Shown here: piece by piece, positions 10,636 to 24,409 of the stretch
Position numbering within the stretch: position 1 is the first letter of the stretch
Layout: every line of letters starts with the position of its first letter
Assembly: GCA_002269645.1 (NCBI GenBank)
Contig: NIVC01002206.1
Span: 128,518-192,517 of the forward strand
Source: Macrostomum lignano
Taxonomy: Eukaryota
Direction: 5' to 3'
DNA: 64,000 bases
The notes under the pieces: generated by a model
What the model was told of the DNA's origin: nothing
The model's input: the letters and a program-made list of their open reading frames with translations, nothing else
Database searches by the model: none
Program-made: the position numbers and the translations under genes

Positions 10636-12672
10636 TAGAAGTAAGAGATGCAAACAGAAAAGGCAATCTGGCGACAATAAAGGTAGCCATTGTAAACCCC
10701 ACTTGCACAGCACAGAGTCCTCCGCTTCCACTGACTCTTTACATAGTGCAAAGAGAATTGTTTAAAGAGAGAATTGAGAGGGGTTACAAAGCGAAATGTG
10801 TACCACGCTATCCCCCTCTCAATTTTAGAAGACAATATTTTAATGCTACTTTTAGATAAAAAAACAACACGTGAGTTTTAGTATTAAGATGATCAATAGG
10901 CCTAACCGAAATTGTGCTTACATCTGCGGAATACTAATTGTTTGCTAGAAGAGTAGAAAATGATAAAAAGTTACTTTTTCTTCTATAGTTTTAGAATATG
11001 ATCATTCCGACTGTCGACTGTCTGTAGCTGTAGTGTAGTAGATTCACTGCTTGTAGAATATATTAGGCCTATAATATAGAGTTTGTCATTATACGAATGA
11101 GATCTTCATTTGTACAATTTATTGACATGTTAACTTGACAATTTACATTAACTTTGTCACCTGGTTTGGCACACTTATTTACACAAACAAACAACTATTC
11201 CACGAAGAAGTTCCTAGAATAGAAGTAGTACCGTTTAAGACAGTAACAATTAAAAAGTGATGAAAATGCTTTTAAAAACTGCTTGTAATTTGAAAACATT
11301 TTTTTCGAATACAACAAATGCTTTCAGGTAAAACAAATATTTAGCTATTTAATTATTTGTAAACAAACACTTAACAACAAGTTTTTTATTTAGGTATTTT
11401 CATCATTAGATATATAAAATTTAAAAAACCATTGTTTTCACCTCTACGTAAAATTACACCCACGTTTTAGAAAGACGTCATAAATTCTTTTTTTGAGGCT
11501 CCTATAAGACAGAAAATTTCAACGCGCTATTGAATTGAATAGCTACACGAATGATTTAATCAGCCTTTATACTTGGCATTCTTTACAACTTTGCTGGAGG
11601 ACGTTGTGTTTTGTGTCGTATTTTGTGTCAGAGCATGCAGGTACACAATAAGGTAAAAATGAATATTAAAGCAGTCCGCTGCTTTGTGAGTAGTTTAGTT
11701 CTCGTTCTGTCAAAGTTTGTGGTTTAGGCCATAGACATAAAAGTGCAGGCTTCACAAAGGGTTGCTTAAATATTCATTTTCCGAACACAGTTTTTACATG
11801 TATTATTATAGCCTCACCTATTTTGATCAAACAGCAGTTTGATCTATCTAATCTAACCAAACAGAAGGAACTTCGTTTTCATCAAATGAAAAGTGCCTAT
11901 GTGTTGAAATGCCCAGCCGCGGGGCTTGGCTCCCGCAGCCCCACTTTTCCCCTACTCTTTCATTCTAATTATCCCGCAGCCTATAGCTTGCTGAGGAAAA
12001 AATATGGCGCGATAACAGTTAATACCCATACAGTAATATACCATTCAAACACGAAAAACAGTTCCCTTTCATTTCGAATATGTTGAAACATGCATGGGTT
12101 AAAAATTAAGAATTAGGACTTCTAGACTAGAAAATCTAGAGAAGCTGAACTTCTAAAACTATACTGATTATTCCCTGGCGCCAAAACGAGAAAGTGAGAG
12201 CCAGCTAGGGCGCCAACAGAGGCACACAAAAATGAATGAATTGCTTTAGTAACTTTAGTCTCCAACAGAGCAGCAAATTATGCTACTCAAAAGTAATAAA
12301 ATGATTCTTGACTTGTATAATATACAGCTGTAATATATATATATCTATACTTAATCATTGTACCGTGCAATCTCAATTTCAAATAAACGTTTTATCACGC
12401 TCTCATTTCTATCGTTGAGAAAACTCTTTAAAATCTCAGCATTTCGAGTCAAGTATCTTAATAAATCCAGCGCCGCAAATTCAATGCTCTGGCTGAAGCT
12501 GCAGGTGCAGAGGATGCGGTTCAATTTTGTTTGCATTTAATCGTAAAACAAACAATACCAGCTACAAACGTATTCGCGTGTATAAGGTATGAGATAAAAA
12601 GCTATGGGAATGCATTGAAATAATTTCTTAAAAAGAGTTATAACACAGCAGTTTCTTCACATACCGTAGATG

Positions 12673-12887
12673 GGCATCACAAACCCGACAAATCACAACT
12701 CCGAAAAGCGCTTTCCATCATAAATCCGATATATCACAAACCCGAAAAATCACTAACCCGAAATATCATAACTCCGAAAGTTCTAGCAATGTCCAACACT
12801 ATTTTGGTTTTCGGAGTTATGATCTTTCGGGTTTATGATGGGAAGTGCTTTCGGAGTTGTGATTTTTCGGGTTTATGATGGCGACCC
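12673..12887. mobile_element. Palindromic MITE, Mutator-like (9-bp TSD)
   Basis: TSD CCGTAGATG at 12664-12672 and 12888-12896; fold-back arms built of atcataaacccgaaa / atcacaactccgaaa sub-repeats. Confidence 0.7.
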
Positions 12888-13501
12888 CCGTAGATGAAAG
12901 TGCAAGCAAGCTAGAAAAAAGGCGCATATGAGCATAGCAGGATCAAATCACAACATTTAGTGAGAATTCAGCGATCAATCATACACTGGTTGCCATGGTA
13001 ATGTCAAACAGCACCAAACTCGAAGCATATGCTGAACGTCAAAAAAAGTTTGTTAAAAAATTTCTATCATGTGCAATACTGTAAAGGTACTGTAGGAAAA
13101 CTGAGTAATTAAAAAAGCAAAATCCTCTCCGATTAGCAATGAGCTCAAGCAAAGTCATGTTAGTTAGCATTAAATAGGAAATATTGCAAACATTATGACA
13201 ATGGAAACGGTGCCGAAATAAAGATATTCGTCTTTTATGAAGCTTGGGTGGCAACTAAGGAAATAAAAAAAGCGAGCAAAAGTAATTTTATTTTCAAAGT
13301 CACAGAAAACTTCCCATCTCTTTAATGCAGTTGGCAGCATTTGAGATTGATAACTCCAGCTATCCATGCTGACAAGCCGCGTTGATTTTCGGACAGAACT
13401 TGGCACAGTTAAATACTGAATATTAATATTAATATTAATATTAATATTAATAATATGCTGCTAGGAAAATCAGATTTAAAAAAGCTGGTAGCAGTTAGAC
13501 T

Positions 13502-15806
13502 CCCTTAGACTGCCATTCATCCAACCCTTAGACTGCCATTCATCCAACCCTTAGACTGCCATTCATCCAACCCTTAGACTGCCATTCATCCATCCCTTAG
13601 ACTGCCATTCATCCAACCCTTAGACTGCCATTCATCCAACCCTTAGACTGCCATTCATCCAACCCTTAGACTGCCATTCATCCATCCCTTAGACTGCCAT
13701 TCATCCATCCCTTAGACTGCCATTCATCCATCCCTTAGACTGCCATTCATCCATCCCTTAGACTGCCATTCATCCATCCCTTAGACTGCCATTCATCCAT
13801 CCCTTAGACTGCCATTCATCCATCCCTTAGACTGCCATTCATCCATCCCTTAGACTGCCATTCATCCATCCCTTAGACTGCCATTCATCCATCCCTTAGA
13901 CTGCCATTCATCCAACCCTTAGACTGCCATTCATCCAACCCTTAGACTGCCATTCATCCAACCCTTAGACTGCCATTCATCCAACCCTTAGACTGCCATT
14001 CATCCATCCCTTAGACTGCCATTCATCCATCCCTTAGACTGCCATTCATCCATCCCTTAGACTGCCATTCATCCATCCCTTAGACTGCCATTCATCCATC
14101 CCTTAGACTGCCATTCATCCAACCCTTAGACTGCCATTCATCCAACCCTTAGACTGCCATTCATCCATCCCTTAGACTGCCATTCATCCAACCCTTAGAC
14201 TGCCATTCATCCAACCCTTAGACTGCCATTCATCCAACCCTTAGACTGCCATTCATCCATCCCTTAGACTGCCATTCATCCCTTAGACTGCCATTCATCC
14301 ATCCCTTAGACTGCCATTCATCCATCCCTTAGACTGCCATTCATCCATCCCTTAGACTGCCATTCATCCATCCCTTAGACTGCCATTCATCCATCCCTTA
14401 GACTGCCATTCATCCATCCCTTAGACTGCCATTCATCCATCCCTTAGACTGCCATTCATCCAACCCTTAGACTGCCATTCATCCAACCCTTAGACTGCCA
14501 TTCATCCAACCCTTAGACTGCCATTCATCCAACCCTTAGACTGCCATTCATCCAACCCTTAGACTGCCATTCATCCATCCCTTAGACTGCCATTCATCCA
14601 TCCCTTAGACTGCCATTCATCCATCCCTTAGACTGCCATTCATCCATCCCTTAGACTGCCATTCATCCAACCCTTAGACTGCCATTCATCCAACCCTTAG
14701 ACTGCCATTCATCCAACCCTTAGACTGCCATTCATTCAACCCTTAGACTGCCATTCATCCAACCCTTAGACTGCCATTCATCCATCCCTTAGACTGCCAT
14801 TCATCCAACCCTTAGACTGCCATTCATCCATCCCTTAGACTGCCATTCATCCAACCCTTAGACTGCCATTCATCCAACCCTTAGACTGCCATTCATCCAT
14901 CCCTTAGACTGCCATTCATCCAACCCTTAGACTGCCATTCATCCAACCCTTAGACTGCCATTCATCCAACCCTTAGACTGCCATTCATCCATCCCTTAGA
15001 CTGCCATTCATCCATCCCTTAGACTGCCATTCATCCATCCCTTAGACTGCCATTCATCCATCCCTTAGACTGCCATTCATCCATCCCTTAGACTGCCATT
15101 CATCCATCCCTTAGACTGCCATTCATCCATCCCTTAGACTGCCATTCATCCAACCCTTAGACTGCCATTCATCCAACCCTTAGACTGCCATTCATCCATC
15201 CCTTAGACTGCCATTCATCCCTTAGACTGCCATTCATCCATCCCTTAGACTGCCATTCATCCATCCCTTAGACTGCCATTCATCCATCCCTTAGACTGCC
15301 ATTCATCCATCCCTTAGACTGCCATTCATCCATCCCTTAGACTGCCATTCATCCATCCCTTAGACTGCCATTCATCCATCCATTAGACTGCCATTCATCC
15401 ATTAGACTGCCATTCATTCATCCCTTAGACTGCCATTCATTCATCCCTTAGACTGCCATTCATCCATCCATTAGACTGCCATTCATTCATCCCTTAGACT
15501 GCCATTCATCCATTAGACTGCCATTCATTCATCCCTTAGACTGCCATTCATCCATCCCTTAGACTGCCATTCATCCCTTAGACTGCCATTCATCCCTTAG
15601 ACTGCCATTCATCCCTTAGACTGCCATTCATCCCTTAGACTGCCATTCATCCATCCCTTAGACTGCCATTCATCCCTTAGACTGCCATTCATCCCTTAGA
15701 CTGCCATTCATCCCTTAGACTGCCATTCATTCAACCGTTAGACTGCCATTCATTCAACCGTTAGACTGCCATTCATTCAACCCTTAGACTGCCATTCATC
15801 CCTTAG
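13502..15806. repeat. 23-bp minisatellite (cccttagactgccattcatcca[a/t]) with 19-bp variants at the right end
   Basis: About 100 tandem units visible directly. Confidence 0.95.
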
Positions 15807-15901
15807 TCTGCACAGGCCTTTATTTGATTGCAATCGCTTGGGTTCAGATCATCACTTTGAGCTCCATAATTCCGGCGACAATTCACAGAACTCGAGGCCG
15901 C

Positions 15902-16984
15902 CTACAGCAAGCTCCTAGTTGCCAGGCTAATAACCGGGACGTCGAACACGCTGTAGTTCATAGCCCGCCAGATGTCGTGCAACAGGTTTAGCCGTCTGTC
16001 CAGGTGCATAGCAATCACGTTACCATAGACTTGCTGGGACACCGGCGTCAGTAATTCGTGATAGAACAGGCCGTGATGCTCCGGCTCGATGCCGATCTTC
16101 TTCAACACAATGCCGAGGAAAACGTCGTCAAAGCGAATGTACCTCACGAACCGCTGAGCCAGGCTCACCCGACGACAGAGCGCCCGGGTGGTGAGCACGG
16201 CTCCGCCTGTAGGGTAGGGCGGCCAGAACGCGTAGGGGTACTCGGACAGGGTGGTGTACCACCGGTTCATCGGGCTGCGCTTCGGCACCGGCTTAGCGAA
16301 CACGAAGCCGACCGCTAGCCGGGGATCCGATCTTCGGTGCAGCAGACTCCGCAGCAGGTGTGCCAGGTTAGTCGGGCTGACGTAATAGTCATCATCGGCG
16401 AATAGAACGAAATCGGCTGACTGACAGCTGTTGGCTGCGAAGTCGAACGCGAACATCGTCTTGTAGGTGTTGTTGAAGTAGGAGTCGATGAAATCCTGCT
16501 GAATGATGTCGCCGTGCATCGCCTGTTCGGCGTTCACTCGAACCTGCTGCGTCTGACTGACGCTGCCGCCCAGTACGAATGCGTGAAACACCTGCACACC
16601 GAGCCGCTGGTAGTTTCGCTGATTAACCCAGGTAGAACGAACGGCGTCGCGGAACTGCCGATTACCCAAGCCGCTCTTCACCAGGATCAGCAGCCGCGGA
16701 GCGGCCTGCTGCGCTAGAAAACTTCTATGGAGTTGGCACAGATTCTTGCCGGGGTGCAGCACGGCAAACGAGACATTGTTGATGGTAGCTGTTTCTCTTG
16801 GATAGGCCTGGAAGCGATCGTAGTGGCTGAGCAGCTGCTGGAAGTCAATCTCCAAGGGATAGGTGAACTGTGAGTAGGGCAGGACTAGCATATACGGAAC
16901 CACCTCCAGGCCGAACCAGAGAATTGGCACGAAAGCTATCACTGCCAGTATGGTGAGGCACAGAGTCTGCCGCCTGCCGCGAAA
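15902..16984 (-). CDS. Main exon of a GT31 beta-1,3-glycosyltransferase (Brainiac/B3GALT-like, type II membrane protein)
   Basis: Motifs LLILVKSG..RDAVRSTW, GDIIQQDFIDSYFNNTYKT, DDDYYV, WPPYPTGG, FDDVFLG; signal anchor TLCLTILAVIAFVPILWF; phase-0 acceptor TTGACAG| at 16984. Confidence 0.9.
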   Translation of the reverse strand, partial: FRGRRQTLCLTILAVIAFVPILWFGLEVVPYMLVLPYSQFTYPLEIDFQQLLSHYDRFQAYPRETATINNVSFAVLHPGKNLCQLHRSFLAQQAAPRLLILVKSGLGNRQFRDAVRSTWVNQRNYQRLGVQVFHAFVLGGSVSQTQQVRVNAEQAMHGDIIQQDFIDSYFNNTYKTMFAFDFAANSCQSADFVLFADDDYYVSPTNLAHLLRSLLHRRSDPRLAVGFVFAKPVPKRSPMNRWYTTLSEYPYAFWPPYPTGGAVLTTRALCRRVSLAQRFVRYIRFDDVFLGIVLKKIGIEPEHHGLFYHELLTPVSQQVYGNVIAMHLDRRLNLLHDIWRAMNYSVFDVPVISLATRSLL

Positions 16985-17021
16985 CTGTCAATAAGGTTTT
17001 GAGGGATTGTGTTCGAATTGA

Positions 17022-17672
<651 letters not shown>

Positions 17673-17937
17673 CCTAAATTCTCTTACGCTCGAAGATGTA
17701 GTACTTCCGCTTCAGTTTCAACTGTTTCAAACCTGACCTGTCTTGAATCCATCTGTGAGCCGTGGCTCAGGGGGGATTGCTCAGATGTTCTGAATAAAGC
17801 TTAAGTAAATAATTTAGTTTTTCCTGGCTAGATACACTGTTTCGGACTGTTTTAAACTCCATCTGCTCCTAGCAAAGTCAGAATCGTGCACAGCGCACCC
17901 AGTCGTAATCTGAACTTAAGCGATAGAGCAGTCTTAC

Positions 17938-18084
17938 CCTGTACAGTAGGCGTCGCCATCTGTTTCTCAACACTCCAGGTGATTTATTGCCAAAGCTAAT
18001 CTCTAGCCCTGGCCAGACAGTTGCTAGGCTTCGAACTGCGCACCTTGACGCTTTGGTAACGCAGCGCAACAGAAATCGTCGCAT
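17938..18084 (-). CDS. Candidate first exon (proximal) of the GT31 gene
   Basis: ATG at 18084, 49 codons MRRFLLR..RWRRLLYR, donor AGG|GTAAGA, phase 0 matches the main exon. Confidence 0.5.
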
Positions 18085-18484
18085 TTTTCTTTCATTAAAA
18101 ACGGCCTCTCAAAAAGTTTGCTCTCAACGTCTTATTTTTATCTCTTTCTATGGCATTTACTCAAAGTCAGGCGGCTCTGTATATTAGCGGCCGGTGCGCT
18201 ATTATGCTATCGAATATTTGCCTTATTATAGTGCGCCTACATGGTCGGCTAGATGACGCATAAGGCTAACGAAATACCCTGCATGGCAACACTGGCAAAG
18301 CGAGGGCAAACAAAACAGTCTTATATTTACACACTGCGCTAAATGTCACCCATTGGCTAACTGGTATCTGCATGTGCTCTCTGACTTTCTTACGATATAA
18401 TCATTTTTTGAATAAAAATTCTAATAAACAAAAATTTGTTTGCATATCTGTAATACTCTTGACTAAAGGAGATTAAACCGTCTG

Positions 18485-21400
18485 ACCAATCCAAAGGATC
18501 AAAGAGAGTAGTGGCAGACCAATCCAAAGGATCAAAGAGAGTGTTGGCAGCCCCAATCCAAAGGATCAAAGAGAGTAGTGGCAGCCCCAATCCAAAGGAT
18601 CAAAGAGAGTAGTGGCAGGACCAATCCAAAGGATCAAAGAGAGTAGTGGCAGCCCCAATCCAAAGGATCAAAGAGAGTAGTGGCAGACCAATCCAAAAGA
18701 ATCAGAGAGTAGTGGCAGACCAATCCAAAGGATCAAAGAGAGTAGTGGCAGCCCCAATCCAAAGGATCAAAGAGAGTAGTGGCAGCCCCAATCCAAAGGA
18801 TCAAAGAGAGTAGTGGCAGGACCAATCCAAAGGATCAAAGAGAGTAGTGGCAGCCCCAATCCAAAGGATCAAAGAGAGTAGTGGCAGACCAATCCAAAAG
18901 AATCAGAGAGTAGTGGCAGACCAATCCAAAGGATCAAAGAGAGTAGTGGCAGCCCCAATCCAAAGGATCAAAGAGAGTAGTGGCAGCCCCAATCCAAAGG
19001 ATCAAAGAGAGTAGTGGCAGGACCAATCCAAAGGATCAAAGAGAGTAGTGGCAGCCCCAATCCAAAGGATCAAAGAGAGTAGTGGCAGACCAATCCAAAA
19101 GAATCAGAGAGTAGTGGCAGACCAATCCAAAGGATCAAAGAGAGTAGTGGCAGCCCCAATCCAAAGGATCAAAGAGAGTAGTGGCAGCCCCAATCCAAAG
19201 GATCAAAGAGAGTAGTGGCAGACCAATACAAAGGATCAAAGAGAGTAGTGGCAGTCCCAATCCAAAGGATCAAAGAGAGTAGTGGCAGGACCAATCCAAA
19301 GGATCAAAGAGAGTAGTGGCAGGACCAATCCAAAGGATCAAAGAGAGTAGTGGCAGACCAATCCAAAGGATCAAAGAGAGTAGTGGCAGCCCCAATCCAA
19401 AGGATCAAAGAGAGTAGTGGCAGCCCCAATCCAAAGGATCAAAGAGAGTAGTGGCAGTCCCAATCCAAAGGACCAAAGAGAGTAGTGGCAGCCCCAATCC
19501 AAAGGATCAAAGAGAGTAGTGGCAGCCCCAATCCAAAGGATCAAAGAGAGTAGTGGCAGACCAATACAAAGGATCAAAGAGAGTAGTGGCAGTCCCAATC
19601 CAAAGGATCAAAGAGAGTAGTGGCAGGACCTATCCAAAGGATCAAAGAGAGTAGTGGCAGGACCAATCCAAAGGATCAAAGAGAGTAGTGGCAGCCCCAA
19701 TCCAAAGGATCAAAGAGAGTAGTGGCAGACCAATCCAAAAGAATCAGAGAGTAGTGGCAGACCAATCCAAAGGATCAAAGAGAGTAGTGGCAGCCCCAAT
19801 CCAAAGGATCAAAGAGAGAAGTGGCAGCCCCAATCCAAAGGATCAAAGAGAGTAGTGGCAGTCCCAATCCAAAGGACCAAAGAGAGTAGTGGCAGCCCCA
19901 ATCCAAAGGATCAAAGAGAGTAGTGGCAGCCCCAATCCAAAGGATCAAAGAGAGTAGTGGCAGACCAATCCAAAGGATCAAAGAGAGTAGTGGCAGTCCC
20001 AATCCAAAGGATCAAAGAGAGTAGTGGCAGGACCAATCCAAAGGATCAAAGAGAGTAGTGGCAGTCCCAATCCAAAGGATCAAAGAGAGTAGTGGCAGAC
20101 CAATCCAAAGGATCAAAGAGAGTAGTGGCAGCCCCAATCCAAAGGATCAAAGAGAGTAGTGGCAGGACCAATCCAAAGGATCAAAGAGAGTAGTGGCAGT
20201 CCCAATCCAAAGGATCAAAGAGAGTAGTGGCAGACCAATCCAAAGGATCAAAGAGAGTAGTGGCAGTCCCAATCCAAAGGATCAAAGAGAGTAGTGGCAG
20301 CCCCAATCCAAAGGATCAAAGAGAGTAGTGGCAGTCCCAATCCAAAGGATCAAAGAGAGTAGTGGCAGACCAATCCAAAGGATCAAAGAGAGTAGTGGCA
20401 GTCCCAATCCAAAGGATCAAAGAGAGTAGTGGCAGCCCCAATCCAAAGGATCAAAGAGAGTAGTGGCAGCCCCAATCCAAAGGATCAAAGAGAGTAGTGG
20501 CAGCCCCAATCCAAAGGATCAAAGAGAGTAGTGGCAGCCCCAATCCAAAGGATCAAAGAGAGTAGTGGCAGGACCAATCCAAAGGATCAAAGAGAGTAGT
20601 GGCAGCCCCAATCCAAAGGATCAAAGAGAGTAGTGGCAGCCCCAATCCAAAGGATCAAAGAGAGTAGTGGCAGTCCCAATCCAAAGGATCAAAGAGAGTA
20701 GTGGCAGACCAATCCAAAGGATCAAAGAGAGTAGTGGCAGTCCCAATCCAAAGGATCAAAGAGAGTAGTGGCAGCCCCAATCCAAAGGATCAAAGAGAGT
20801 AGTGGCAGCCCCAATCCAAAGGATCAAAGAGAGTAGTGGCAGCCCCAATCCAAAGGATCAAAGAGAGTAGTGGCAGCCCCAATCCAAAGGATCAAAGAGA
20901 GTAGTGGCAGCCCCAATCCAAAGGATCAAAGAGAGTAGTGGCAGCCCCAATCCAAAGGATCAAAGAGAGTAGTGGCAGACCAATCCAAAAGAATCAGAGA
21001 GTAGTGGCAGACCAATCCAAAGGATCAAAGAGAGTAGTGGCAGCCCCAATCCAAAGGATCAAAGAGAGTAGTGGCAGTCCCAATCCAAAGGATCAAAGAG
21101 AGTAGTGGCAGACCAATCCAAAGGATCAAAGAGAGTAGTGGCAGCCCCAATCCAAAGGATCAAAGAGAGTAGTGGCAGCCCCAATCCAAAGGATCAAAGA
21201 GAGTAGTGGCAGACCAATCCAAAGGATCAAAGAGAGTAGTGGCAGCCCCAATCCAAAGGATCAAAGAGAGTAGTGGCAGACCAATCCAAAAGAATCAGAG
21301 AGTAGTGGCAGACCAATCCAAAGGATCAAAGAGAGTAGTGGCAGCCCCAATCCAAAGGATCAAAGAGAGTAGTGGCAGTCCCAATCCAAAGGATCAAAGA

Positions 21401-22086
21401 GAGTAGTGGCAGGACCAATCCAAAGGATCAAAGAGAGTAGTGGCAGTCCCAATCCAAAGGATCAAAGAGAGTAGTGGCAGACCAATCCAAAGGATCAAAG
21501 AGAGTAGTGGCAGCCCCAATCCAAAGGATCAAAGAGAGTAGTGGCAGGACCAATCCAAAGGATCAAAGAGAGTAGTGGCAGTCCCAATCCAAAGGATCAA
21601 AGAGAGTAGTGGCAGACCAATCCAAAGGATCAAAGAGAGTAGTGGCAGTCCCAATCCAAAGGATCAAAGAGAGTAGTGGCAGCCCCAATCCAAAGGATCA
21701 AAGAGAGTAGTGGCAGTCCCAATCCAAAGGATCAAAGAGAGTAGTGGCAGACCAATCCAAAGGATCAAAGAGAGTAGTGGCAGTCCCAATCCAAAGGATC
21801 AAAGAGAGTAGTGGCAGCCCCAATCCAAAGGATCAAAGAGAGTAGTGGCAGCCCCAATCCAAAGGATCAAAGAGAGTAGTGGCAGCCCCAATCCAAAGGA
21901 TCAAAGAGAGTAGTGGCAGCCCCAATCCAAAGGATCAAAGAGAGTAGTGGCAGACCAATCCAAAGGATCAAAGAGAGTAGTGGCAGCCCCAATCCAAAGG
22001 ATCAAAGAGAGTAGTGGCAGCCCCAATCCAAAGGATCAAAGAGAGTAGTGGCAGCACCAATCCAAAGGATCAAAGAGTGGCAGCCC
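18485..22086. repeat. 33/34-bp satellite (ccccaatccaaaggatcaaagagagtagtggcag)
   Basis: About 105 units with 31-, 33- and 34-bp variants. Confidence 0.97.
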
Positions 22087-22335
22087 TACACAAAAATGCT
22101 ATCGGCCCAAAGCAGAGATAAATGTACAAGGGTACTACAAGTATTTTTACATTAAGACTCATAATGAAAAAGTCATAATTAGTGCACCTACTACGCACTT
22201 GGCATGGAGGAATGCCTTATTGGTAATTTATAATCTTACATTTCTTGCTAGCACGTATACAGTATATACAGTACTCTTATGGCTAACTAATAATAGTCCA
22301 ATTAATTTGTGCTGAAAATGCAGCGCAGCACTCAC

Positions 22336-22380
22336 CAGGTTGTGAAAGAGCCTACTAATGGCCAGCTTTAGTCGTACCAT
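22336..22380 (-). CDS. Candidate first exon (distal) of the GT31 gene
   Basis: GCGCCATGG start context, 15 codons MVRLKLAISRLFHNL, consensus donor CTG|GTGAGT, phase 0. Confidence 0.5.
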
Positions 22381-23509
22381 GGCGCCGCCTCTCCCGGCTC
22401 AGCTCCGTTGCCAGGTCGATAAGTGAAGCGAGCAGATTAGAGGGGATAGTTAATGGTTTCTAAACCCATGCGCCTGTTCAGAGCCGATAAAAAAGAACTG
22501 TTATGGCTCTTTTAGCCAGTAGTGCAAGCAATGATATCGAACAGGTATGAGCGTAATTGCTGTATGTACGAGTGTATGTATGGCTTAGTCAGTTCCAGGA
22601 GCAGTAGGCAAGCTACCAACCAACCAGTCCCGACTATAACAACACCTGTTTGTCTCAGACCCTCCTCTCTCTCCTCCCCAATTTCAAAAATACTCTATAC
22701 TCAACCAAGCTGAGCCAAGGATACCGAAGAACAAGAACCTGGAATGCCTTATCGACCTTGCCCGAATCGCCATTTGCAGACAACTGTAGGCTGACTGCAG
22801 AGGTGACAGTTCACGCACAAAATAGAATAGAATTTCTTTTTCCTCTTTTGTCAAGCAATCCAAACTCCAGCCTATGAGCTAATGCTAACAAAAGTTATGA
22901 AGAAGCATTTAACCCTCAAGCGGTTAAAAGTTTAATTACAAAATTAGATGGATTAGATTAGATGGTATACCATAATTTGATGCCAATGACAGCTACAGCT
23001 ACAATGAAAAGCAAGTCTCTAATAGCGGGATTCTCTCACTAAGAATTCAACGAGTTTTTACTGAAATACTCAAACTAAAAAAAGCAAAACTATAATCAGC
23101 CTACAGTTCTCTGAGAATGGCAGCATCGAGGAAGAGTGGGTCTACCAGGATGCAGTTCTGAGTCTCCATGGCTATAAGCACTAGAACGAGCTCTGTAATA
23201 GCATTTTTGTCCAATTGGAATGTGGCGCATCGCCCAGCAGACACAGAGGGAGAAAATGGGCAGAGAGTAGGGGTGGCGTAGGGTGTTGAGTAGGAGGGGG
23301 TGGGAGAGAAAGGCCAGCTCTATATCCCATATCTAAACTAGAGAGCGCTTATACAAATTGGCCCAGTTAGACAATATCGACCTCGCTGTACATAAAATAC
23401 GAGCCAGATATATACTCATTATATCTACAGTGTATAATATGTATATTACACGCGGATACAGTAGTTGAAGAAGTCGCCGCCGCTCGAAAAGCACTCAACC
23501 AGCTGTCCG

Positions 23510-23983
<474 letters not shown>

Positions 23984-24409
23984 TAGCTTGACGCTGACAA
24001 ATTAACAGTCAATTGCAGTGCATTTTCCCAGCTTAGGATCTGCATATATCCGCTACAATAAGACAGCGAATTTGAATTAAAATGAATGCAAGGCTAAAAC
24101 AACGGTTCGAGCGCACTAGAGAGGCCAATTTGGAAGTGCGGTCGAATTCGACAGTGGAATGCCTGTCTCTTGTCTGTCATGGCAGCGTAACTTAACTTCG
24201 CAATCTAGCTTAGCTGAGCGATAAGCTATGCTCTTCAATCGATTTTGGGCGTTCCTTTTTGAGCTAAACTTGAAATAACTCAAATTAATACATTCTTTTG
24301 TCGTGGGAACATTTTTAAAATAAGAATTAAAAATTTAGTTCTAATAGTTTTATATCTTTAACTTTGTTTCGACTGACTCTCTTTGGTTCCAAATTTACCC
24401 TTATCATAA

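Noticed and set aside
13502-15806. CCCTTAG core as interstitial telomeric repeat
   Set aside because: It is not TTAGGG/CCCTAA and is embedded in a 23-bp unit.
22909-22927. TTAA-CCCTCAAGCGG-TTAA as a collapsed piggyBac relic
   Set aside because: Too short (11 bp between TTAA sites) to distinguish from chance.
22600-23220. Possible decayed LINE ORF2 C-terminal fragment
   Set aside because: Only a faint LIDLARIAI-like stretch amid stops, with no RT or endonuclease motif recognisable by eye.
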